A DNA stretch of 59,195 bases, filler included, from Jimgerdemannia flammicorona (taxonomy: Eukaryota): assembly GCA_003990765.1 (NCBI GenBank). It is 3 parts of 3 records of this genome, joined end to end, with 100 filler letters (N's around TTAATTAATTAA, not from the genome) between each part and the next. Parts side by side here need not be neighbours in the genome. Positions count along the whole stretch, not along the records: positions 39,533 to 59,195 come from RBNJ01001881.1; 2 more parts are not named here. One strand, written 5' to 3'. A program made the position numbers and the translations under genes. The notes below the pieces were generated by a model, which was given only the letters and a program-made list of their open reading frames with translations, was not told where the DNA came from and did no database searches. Position 1 is the stretch's first letter, and every line of letters starts with the position of its first letter. Shown piece after piece: positions 49,310 to 59,195 of the stretch.

Positions 49310-52187
49310 ACACTCTAGTACAACCATTCTTCCATAAGTCAGTATTAATATGGGCAGTCTCTACCAATTTTCTGGGCCTTGGTCTGTTGGCCAAGGAAGT
49401 TCTATAGCTGGTGTGTGAGGAGGTTGCAGGGGCTGAGTCACTGAGGTTTATCCTCTCAGTGGAGGCAGTGGAGGTTGGATTTGTAGAAAAGGAGACTATG
49501 GTGAAGGCCTTGGAGAAGGGACTAATGGTCAAGAATGTTAAGATGGGAATGGCGAGGTGTCTGAGATGGGACCTATGTGCAGTGAGATTGGTGGTGGAAG
49601 AATTGCCAATGCTGAGCAGGCAGGAGACTAAGACGGTGATTACCAAGGCTCTGGAAGGCTTTGGGGAGATGGTGGATTTCGGATTTATGTTTTGGAAGGA
49701 AACAAAGTTGAGGGATGGCAATTGTGAGGAAATGGTGCAGCTGGAGGGGAAGGAGGCAACAGGTCTGGGGTGAGACTGGTCAGAGGTCATTTTTATTGAG
49801 GAGCAGGACTGTTGGGTCTGGAGGAGGAAAGGCTCTGAGCAGGAAGAGGAGGAGCTGCTGATAGCCCTTGAGGAGCATGATGAGGTGAAGGTATTGTGGA
49901 AAAAAAAAATGGGAGGAATTTGCAAAAGATTGGATCTGAAATGAGATGGATGGCAAGAGAAAGCATTGGTATAGAGCAAACTGGGAACTGCTACAGGCAG
50001 TATTGTGAGCATCTGCAGAGGAAGAGGTTGAAAGGGTAGCATCTGACAGGAATTGAATAGAAGGGGTGGAGGTGGCCAAGGTGTCCTTCTCTCAGCTGAG
50101 GAGAGTGAGAGAATCTGTGCATGCACTGGTGATAGAGAAGTGGGCAGATGGTGAGGAAGAGCGAGAAGTGGGCTTCAAAAATAATGTTGAGGTGGTTCTA
50201 GAAACTCAGGTAGAAGACATGGTGATGGCTAGGTCAGCAAATGTACACTGGGAATGTCCAGAAGCAGGGGAGGTAGTGAGGTTGGATAAGGTCTCTGAAG
50301 AGGATGAGCTGGTGGATGTTGCTTTGGATGTATCTGCAGACAGAGAATTGCTTCAGGAGCTGTGCAGGACTCCCAGGCCTGTGACTCCAGGACTATTGGC
50401 AATGGTGGCAGATGGCTGGTTCCAGGCAGTTCTGGAGGAACTGGCAGAGGATGACATTAAGGAAGTGGATGTGTTTCAGGGCTCCCCAAAGGCATGGGAA
50501 GAATTTCTCAAGATGGCATTACAAGGACCAAAGCTGGTGACTGTGATGGTCACAGCCCTTCTGGAGGATAAAGGGTATGAGGTAGATGATGGCCAAATGG
50601 CAGATATTCGTAAGGTGGCATCTGAGCGAGTAGACCTCTTCTGTGGTAGTGACAATAGTGAGAGGATTTGGCGAGCAGTCTGTGAGGAGCATGGAGACAT
50701 CATTAAGGGCCGAGCTGAGATTGTAGTGGCAGTGGCAGCTAATATCTAAACTTCAAATTTTCCATGATGAAGTACAACCTATGAATTCTGTCAATCAATG
50801 TCAATGGTTTGTGAGATGGGATGAAGCGGCGGCATCTATTTTGATGGTTGAAAGTCCAGGGGTATGATGTGGTGTTTTTTCAAGATATTCAGGCCTATGG
50901 TGAGAAGGATTATGAATTGTGGAGTAAGGAATGGTTCGGAGATACTGGTTGGAGTAAGCAAGTTGGTATTTTGGTGGAAGTTGGAAAGAGGGAGTTAGTG
51001 GATATGGAAAGTTTGGTGATCGACTAGTGTGGGGCAGGCTGAAGAGAGGAAAAGGAGATGGACTCTTGGTGGGCTCTGTATATCTGCTGGCAGTTGGCAG
51101 AGAGTGAAAGCAATGGCTGGAGGAGTGGATGGCTTGGGAGGATTGGGTGGCTCTAGGGTTAGACATTTTGGGGGGTGATTTTAATATGGTTAGAGACTAT
51201 GCGCCAGATTGGTATGATGGTGGGGCTGGTGTAGTAGTTTCTCCAGGGCTGTCTCAGTAGCTTCAGGTGGAAAAGGGCATGGGATTGGTGGATGGTGTAT
51301 GATTGAGGGCAGGAGATGAGTCAGGCCCCTTTACTAGGTGGCATTCTATAGACAATGGGATGGTTGGCATACAGATTGATTGGGTACTGGTAGCTGAACA
51401 TTGGAGTAATGTTTTCGATGCAGTCAGGGTATAGTGGTGCCCATGGCCAGACTATTAGAGAGTTGAGGTGAGTGGAAGATTCCAGGCTATTAATGGGGGA
51501 GGTGGGCATTGGCATCTTAATGTGGCTCTGCTTTAGTGTCTGGTGGAGTGAGAGCAATTTGTGTACTTAGTACGAAGGGAAGTAGAGCAGTGGGTAGCTG
51601 GTGGTCTATCTATTGCTGATTGGTGGGGCAGATTCAAATAACTTACTGGTGTATATTGGAGAGACACTGGGGAGGTGGTAAGAAAGGAGTGAAAGGACAA
51701 GAAAAGGAGAGTTGAAAGAGGTCTGTAGTGGTGGCTGAAGTTATTGGAGAATGGTTCACTGATAGAAGAGAAGAAGGGTCAACTCACTAGAGAGGTGGTT
51801 GACTTACAGGTGACTTTGAGGGAGGCTGAGGATAGAGTAGTGGACATGCTCCTGACATACCTGAGGGCTAGACAACTGGAAGAGAGTGAATGACTGACAA
51901 AGTACTTATCTGGTATCTTGAAGGTGAGAAATGTTTGACACAGCTGGTCATCAGTCTTGCGAGAAGATGGTGTTGAGGTTACCAGTATGACAGAGATATT
52001 GGAGGAGATTTTGGGACAATGGCGGACTCTCTGAAGTGATGATAATATAGGAGGGGGTGTTGGAGTAGGGGATGTTATGGAGGCACCTCTTATATGTAAC
52101 TGGCCAGTAGTGCTATTACATACTAGTAATAGGAGCTATGGTGTTAGGCAGAGTGTCTTTGGAGGAGGTGTTAGAGGTTCTGTGGAA
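49310..52187 (+). mobile_element. LINE family 2 fragment (ORF1 3' part, APE region), host to insertions on both sides
   Basis: Collinear homology to the minus-strand copy; SINVNGL near 50790 and GGDFN near 51170. Confidence 0.85.
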
Positions 52188-53453
52188 GGCATCCACCTTT
52201 CACCAGTAACATTCGGGTGACACAAGACTCAGACAACACTTTTTACAATGTTTTTGGTGTCCAACAACTAACAATATGGATGGCAACGATCGAACTGGTG
52301 AGCGTACTGGCCAGGGGAGTGATAGTGCCTTTGGCTGGCAGCAGGTGGGAAGAAGGGGAGATGGTTTGGGGATGCCAGGGGCCTCGATGGCTAGCCGAGG
52401 CCCTGGTGGTGGAGGGAGGGGCGGTCTGAGGCAGAGAGGAGGGGAGAGGTCGACCTTTGCTGATAAGGTCAGAATGGGGAAGATGGTTTCTGGGCTAGAT
52501 GGTTGGCTGGGCCTGGGGAAGGTGTTGATGGCTACTGCTGGGGGTCAAGAAGGTGCACTCCGGGGTACTTCTGGTGGTAGGGAAGAGGCCAGAGTAGGGG
52601 CTGGAGATGTGACTGTTGATGGGGCTGTGACTGGGGACCTGGCTGATGGGGTGACGGGCATGGTATCGGCCCCGTTACTCAAGAAGTCGAGGTCAGAATT
52701 CGCAGTCATGATGTGCTTCCGGGGCTTGGCAGTGACAGTGAGGATGATTTTGGGACTGGTGGCACAGGAGGCTAAGGGAGCAGCATCGGTGAAGTTCTTG
52801 AGGGGAAAGGAAGGGGTTGAGGTGGGGTTTGAGGAGGAAGATGCCTTTTTGGCAGCCATGGAGAAGGGGGTGAGGGTTGGTGGCATTGTGGTCCCTATGG
52901 CCAGGTATATATGCTGGGACCTCCGAGTGGTGCAGTTGATGGTGTTGGACCTCCTGACTGTGTCAAAGGAAAGGACCAGGGAGTTGGTTGTGGAGGCGGT
53001 CAAGGAGTATGGTAAGATTGTGGATGTTGAGTTCAAGGTCTGGGAGGGCATGGAGCTCAGGACTAGTGATGTCGATATCAGGGTGAGGCTGGCTGGAAAG
53101 GAGAATACGGGGAAGTCGAGGGACTGACCAGCAGCACTAAGGTGGGGACTGGTAGAGTGTAAGGTCACCAGGGTGAAGGGGACTCCGGAGGAGGAGGAGG
53201 ACCTGTTGGAGGCTCTGGAGGACCTGGAAGGGGCAGTGGCGAGGAGGAGATTGGCCTGAAAGGAGTTTGAGGCCAGGACGGTAGTGGGGGAGGTAGATGG
53301 GAAGAGGATCCAGATGGAGAAGGGGGCCTGGGAAAAGATGCAGGAGAGGAGGATCCAGAAGGAGCTGTTGGCAAAGTTGGGCAGGGGTGGAGCTGGTAGA
53401 AGCTCAGGGGAGAGAGTTGCAGGGTTGCAGGAGAGTGCCTGGGCCAAAAAAAC
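52188..53453 (+). mobile_element. LINE related to family 1, 5' end (ORF1 from 52276), interrupted by another LINE
   Basis: 5' end GGCA…GTAACATTC; ORF 52276..53127 similar to the family 1 ORF1. Confidence 0.85.
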
Positions 53454-53540
53454 GGCAACAGCTATCTCTGGTAACATTCAGGTTACACAATCTTTTGGCA
53501 ACACTTTCGACACAGTTTCTGGAGACAAGCTACTAGTATC

Positions 53541-55584
53541 ATGGCTACCGATGAGAATCCTGAGGTGTGTACTGGGCAGGGTGGCCCCGGAGCGTTTGGA
53601 TGGCAGCATGTGGGGAGAGGACCTAGCTTGGGGGGGAAGCATGAGGGGCCTGCTGGCAGGAGGACGTAGTGGAGGAGGAGGCAGGGCTGGAGGGCAAGGG
53701 TCTGCCGGCAACAATGGGGGTAGATCCAGGTTTCCGAGCTTCGTGGACAAGGTCAAGGGGAGTGGGTGGCTGGCTGGTAATAGGGCTGGTGCTGCTGAGG
53801 GGAAGGGCAAGGCAAGCCTAGGGAGGGGGGGTGGTGCTCTGGCTGGGAGTGCAGGAGTAGGGACTGGAGGGGCAGTGGCTGGGGGTGTGACTGTTGATGG
53901 GGGTATGACGGAGAATCAGGAAAAAAAAAGAGATGTGATGGCTGATGGCCAGGTGGGGCAGGGGGTCCCGATGCGGAAGGGAGACCTGGCCGATAGTGTT
54001 ACGGGGCTGGCGGTGGCACCATTACTTAAGAAGTCGATCTCGGAGTTTGCGGTGACTCTGTGCTTCCGAGACTTAGGGGTGATAGCGAGGATGGTCTTGG
54101 GGCTTATCTCAAAGCAGGTGGCTGGGGCAGCTTCAGTGAAATTCCTGAAGGATCTAGAGGGAGTTGACGTGGGCTTTGAGGAGGCGGGCCTACTGGAAGA
54201 GGCACTGAGGACAGGAGTGGCAGTTGGTGAGGTAGTGGTCCTCATGGTATGCTGTTTGAGGTGGGACCCCAGGGTGGTGCAGCTGCTGGTGAAGGGGGTG
54301 CCCACAGTGATGAAGGAGGAGATGAAGAGGAGGGTAGAGGAGGTGATGGCAGAGTATGGAGATGTGGTGGATATTGGCTTCCAGGTGTGGGAGGGGACGA
54401 TGATCAGGACTGGCGATGTTGATATCAGGATTCGGCTGGCAGGGAGGGAGGCCACAGGGAAGACTGGTGACTGGCCCTCAGTGTTGATGTGGGGGGCCTT
54501 CATTTGTAAGGTGTTGAGGGTGAAGAGGAGTGAGGAGGAGGAGGAGGATTTGTTGGAGGCATTGGAGGAGATGAGTGGTGCAGTGGAGCGGCGGGCAAAG
54601 GCCTGGAAGCTTTATGAGGAGTCGACGCACTTGGAGATTGTGGAGGGGAAGCATATCCGCACTGACAAGAGGCAGTGGGAGCGGGCTCAGGGGTGCTTGA
54701 GACAGAGGGAGCTCTTGGTGAGTATGACTGGAGGGGAGAAGAGGAAGGTTGATGGGGCTGAAGGGTCTGGAGGTGTCAAAGCCAGTGTATGGGCTAGCGA
54801 AGGCGGCAAGGAGCCGGTGGTGACAGAAGAATGGGCTGCGAAGGTACTGGGCAGGGATCCCTATGCAGATGGTACTTTCGAGGTCTGGGAGGAGGAGTCA
54901 GATGGTATCCCCCCCCTATTTATCAGGAGGGGCCCGGTGGGGTGGAGAGGGGCAGCAGAAGATGTACCAATGAAGGGGGCCCAGCAGGTTACCTTTGGGG
55001 TCCCAGATGTGGCAAAAGGGGGCCAGGTGGTGGCTGTTGGTGAGGACGAGCTGGTGGATGTCCCAGAAGAGGAGTGGAATAAGGATGCCAGTGTGGGTGT
55101 GGATACTATGATGCTGGATACAGGGTGGCCAGGGACCCCTGGAGGGAAGGAGATCGGGAATCTGCTGTGGATGAGCAAGGTGATGGATAACCTTGCAGCT
55201 GAGGAGTTGGGGGAAGTGGATCTGAGGGTTATGCCGGAGGAGTACTGGGCACAGATTCTGCAAGGTGAGGGAGTGGTAGAGGCGCTGCAGATGGAGATTC
55301 TTATGATACTGCTGGAGGAAGAGGGTTATGAGGTGGATGAGGTGAGGAAGGTGGAGCTGGTGGTTGTTGCGGGTGAGTGGGCGGCCTACTGTTGGGCAGA
55401 ATGCCATGGTTTGCAGTTCTGGCAGGAGGCCTGTAGGGAGTATAGGGAGGACTTTGAGGAGAAAGAGGATGGGGCAATGGTTGAACTTCTGGAGGGATTG
55501 GAGGCACAGGGAACTGAGAGGAAGGAACTGGCTGCAGGACGCAATTTGGATTTGGTACAGGTGGACTTGAGTGCAGATTTGTAG
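53541..55584 (+). pseudogene. LINE ORF1 (Gly-rich N-terminus, acidic C-terminus); +1 frameshift in the G run near 53630
   Basis: ATG 53541 is homologous to ATG 16639; the remainder is open in track ORF 53284..55584. Confidence 0.8.
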
Positions 55585-55615
55585 AGGAGAGGTTTAATCT
55601 TTAACAATATTCCTC

Positions 55616-58600
55616 ATGAATAGTACAACTAACATTCTCTCTCTCAATGTAAATGGCCTTCAAGGATCTGGGCAGTGTAAGAACATTTTTACTTAGCTAA
55701 AGGGATTGGAGGCTGACCTCTTTTTACTGCAGAATGTATGGTGTGAGGATGAGGATGATCGGGTGGAATTGACTAGGGAATGGGGTGGGGCTACTGCTTG
55801 GTTTGGAAAGGTGGCGATTCTGTTGAAGAAGGGTAGAGGAGATTTGGAAGGGATCAAGAACTGGGGAGATCGACTGGTCTGGGGTGAATGGCACTAGCCA
55901 GGGTGGGAATCAGTGAGGGTGGGCTCATGCTAATGCCCAGTGGCTAGGGGAGAGAGGATTGTATGGATCAAGAAACTACTGGAGGAGGGCATTCTCTTGG
56001 AGGATGGGGTTGATGTTCTTGGTGGTGATTTTAACATGGTTCAAGATTTGCAGTTGGATAGGACTGATGGAGGAAGAAATGCTGGTGGGAGGAGTGGCGG
56101 TCTGGATGCATGGGAGGAGGTGGAAAACCTTAGCTCCTTAGGGGATATGGGCCAAACATAGTGGGGTGACACCAGGGTCTACACACACTGGGTGAATGGC
56201 TTAGAGACAAGGATTGACTGGATTTTGACAGCTGAATGTTGGGGTGCTGACGTCTGGAAGACTTTGGAGGTGGTGTGGTGCCCATGGTCTGATCACTGGG
56301 GACTGATTGGCCAGGGGCAGTTTGGGGGGAGTGGAGATGGACCCAGACATTGGTGTCTTAACTCCTCCCTGCTGGCTGAGAAGGGGTTGTAGGACTCATG
56401 GGTAGAGGACATACAGGCAAAGATTCCGTTTTGGAGGCAGGAGGGTTTATCTGTGGGTGTCCGTTGGATGAGATGGAAGGAGGCTGCAAGGGTTTATTGG
56501 GGAGGAGCTGGTAGGGAGGCAGGAAGAAGGAGGAGGAGGTGAATATAGTCTGCCTCCAATAGGCTGAGGAGATTACAGTTGGAGTGGGCAGATTTGCTTG
56601 CATCTGATGAGGTGGAGGATTGGAGGTTAGTGAGGGTGAAATTGAAGGTTGTTGAACTGCAACAGGTGTTGCGAGAGGAGGAGGAGATTCATATGCGAGG
56701 TATGGTGGCCAGGCTTAGATGGCAGGGGCTTGAGGAGGGGGAGCGGCCTACTAGGTACTTGTCTAGGCTCCTCAAAGCCAGGTGGGTGAGGCATAGGTGG
56801 GATGGGATCTTGGATGCTGAGGGAGAGTTGGTGCATGGCACACAGCAGATCCTGGGAGTGTTGAAGGAGAATTGGCGGGGTCTGTGGAGTGAGGAAGAAG
56901 GGGGTGCTGATGCAGAGGCGATTGGTGACACACTGGAAGAGTGGGAGCTGCCACAGGTAGAGGGGCTGGGGGACTTGACCTTATCTGTCCAGGAGGAGGA
57001 GATACAAGGTGTCCTGGCAGCGACAAAGCTTGGGATGGCACCAGGGGAGGATGGATTACTGTGGGACTTCTGGAAGAAGAATGGCATGTGGGTTGGTGAG
57101 TAGGACTTAGGGCTGGTTGCCCTATTGTACAAAGATAAGGGCCGGCATGAAGATTGGAAGAACTGGAGGCCAATCATGCTACTGGATATGGATCGGAAGT
57201 TGGTGACTAAGGTGATTGTTGCAAGGCTACAGAAGGTTGCTCAACAGGTGCTGGGGGAGGAGCAGCAGGGCTTTGTAGGTGGTAGACTTATAAGAGATGG
57301 AACTGCCTGGGTACATGGCATTATTGAAGGAGCCCGGGCCTGTGGACTGGATGGAAGGCTGGTCTTTTTGGATCAAGAGAAGACCTATGACTGTGTTCGG
57401 CGGGTTTGGTTGGACAAGGTGCTAGACAGGATTGGCATTACACCACAGTTTCAGGCCTCTATGTTGAGTTTGTTGGAAGGGAGTCGAGTGGCGCTGATGT
57501 GTAATGGTCACAGGGGTTTGGCGTTCCCCTTGGGGAGAGGAGTCCCTCAGGGGGACCCACTGTCCCCTATCCTTTATGCACTCTCCTTGGAACCTTTGAT
57601 GGACAGGATCCATAAGAGAGTAACTGGGCTCTCTGTATATGACATGGAATGGAAGGTGGGGGCCTTTGCAGATGACATGGTGGTTGGACTTGGATCAGTA
57701 ACGAATGTAGAGGCTCTTCGGGAAACAGTGGAGTGGTATGAGGCCCACTCTGGAGCAAAGCTCAACTGGCATAAGTGTGAGACAATGGTGCTGGGGAATA
57801 GGCTAGTGGGAGGAGATGTCATTGGAACAATTATCCCCACAGGAGAGGTGGTGCAGTACCTAGATATCTTCCTCTCTGTATATGGATCAGTCCTACCACA
57901 AATATGGTAGGAGAGGAGAGTGGCCATTTGGGGAGAGGCTCTAAAAGGCTGGGGGGGTCATCACATCTCTCTGGCAGGGAGGGTGGCAATTCTGAATGTA
58001 TACTGGTTCTCCAAGCTGTGGTATGTGTCGTATCACTTAGACATTCCTGCTTGGGTGGTGAAGAGGCTGATGAAACTGGCTAGGGATTGGATTTGGGCTG
58101 GTAGAAGGGCCCAGATCAGTTGGGATACCCTTGTTGAGCCAGTGCTTAGGGGAGGCCTGGGCCTTGTGGATTTCCCTAAGCCTACACTGCCTGTGAGCTT
58201 AGTGGTTGAGAAGGGCTGTTGATTTACAGGGTAGAGGTTTGGTGCCATTGATGAAGAAGGTGTGGGAGATGAGAGTCTCCCCCCGGGGGTCCACAGGGGA
58301 TCTACTCTCTTTGGTGGATCTGAATGGAAGCCGACGGTTACAGTATAAGGGCTTCTGGTGGGGAGTAGTTGATGGGGTGCACCGGATAGGTCTGTGCTGG
58401 CATGGAAATGAGGGGGAGGAGGTATGGGGTCCAGCTATGTGGTGATGGGACTGTCTGCTTCTAGGGGGAGTTCTATTAGCTGAGTTTGACATTGGTGATA
58501 GAGTAGAGTGTCAGCGGCAAATTGGCCATGATCTTTGGCCAAGTAGCTGGCAGGCGGTGAGGATTGGTGAAGAGTGGGATTGGGCAAGGATCTGGTCTTG

Positions 58601-59120
58601 GAGTATGGAGGTCCGGTGGTGGCTCTCTCCTAAGTTCTGGGTAGTGTGGTGGTATATGTTGCGGAGAAATGTTATGTTGAACTTCTGTGCTGGATATCTG
58701 GTGGATGGGAGTCAGCTGGATTGTGAGGAGTGTTATAATGTTGGGCAAGTCGGGGGTTTTGTGCAAATGCCAGAACATTGGCTGGGGGAGTGTGAGGTTC
58801 TGGGTGACTTTTGGATAGCTGTAGGGGACCACCTTGGGGTTGAAAGGTGACCAGATGGAGAGAGAGGTCGCTGGGAAGATCTGGAATTTAGACTTGTGGG
58901 AGGTGTTAGCAATAGGTGGCTTACTGTAGGATGGGTTGTGACAGTGTGGGTGGGGTTGGCTGGACATTGGCTCTTTGTTTTTGAGGAGGGGCAACAGATA
59001 GGGATATGGGAGAAGTTATTGAGATGGGAGGAGTTGGTGGCAGATTTGTTGACAGGGTGGTGGGTTGGGTGGGGACTGCAAGGTGGGCGATGTCGCCGTC
59101 TGGTGGAAGGGATCTGTGAG
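55616..59120 (+). pseudogene. LINE ORF2 (APE endonuclease, reverse transcriptase, CCHC), multiple stops; 3' limit approximate
   Basis: SLNVNGL, GGDFN, RIDWIL and WSDH, followed by RT motifs in ORF 57125..57910. Confidence 0.9.
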
Positions 59121-59195
59121 CAGAGTGGTGGGCGGGTGGCGATGGTGTTTGATAAAGTGGTCTTTTGTCGAGAAGGGGTAGGGAGGGGGAGTGGG

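Larger units (their letters stand above)
53454..59195 (+). mobile_element. Near full-length L1-like LINE family 1 (3' end outside window)
   Basis: 5' UTR, ORF1, then ORF2 with APE, RT (WRPIMLL, QGDPLSP, FADD) and a C-terminal CEEC-x12-EH-x4-C knuckle. Confidence 0.93.

Noticed and set aside
53284..55584. 766-aa ORF as a single novel protein
   Set aside because: It is chimeric: it starts in the host LINE, crosses the insertion junction and 5' UTR at 53454, and joins ORF1 only through a frameshift near 53630.

Overview
Eukaryotic, most likely fungal, repeat-rich DNA. The fungal call is an inference from the Zn2Cys6-like genes and the retroelement types. The window joins three contigs through two artificial 100-bp linkers (44 N + TTAATTAATTAA + 44 N). 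The left (1.3-22.2 kb) and right (35.6-59.2 kb) parts are nests of decayed retroelements: three different dUTPase-encoding Ty3/Gypsy elements (A, B, D), two solo LTRs of about 2 kb and several G-rich L1-like LINEs inserted into one another. The most novel-looking signal is an accessory ORF family shared by three Gypsy lineages. In families B and C it sits entirely inside a giant LTR with its own promoter-like module and an acidic tail; in family A it is a third ORF after integrase. Between the nests lies a CpG-rich island (about 21.7-35.6 kb). It holds one intact, unusual multi-zinc-motif gene with a C-terminal Zn2Cys6-like cluster, three pseudogene paralogs of it, and a diverged inverted duplication of about 6 kb carrying two short-chain dehydrogenase pseudogenes. 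All similarity calls were made by eye; no searches were run.
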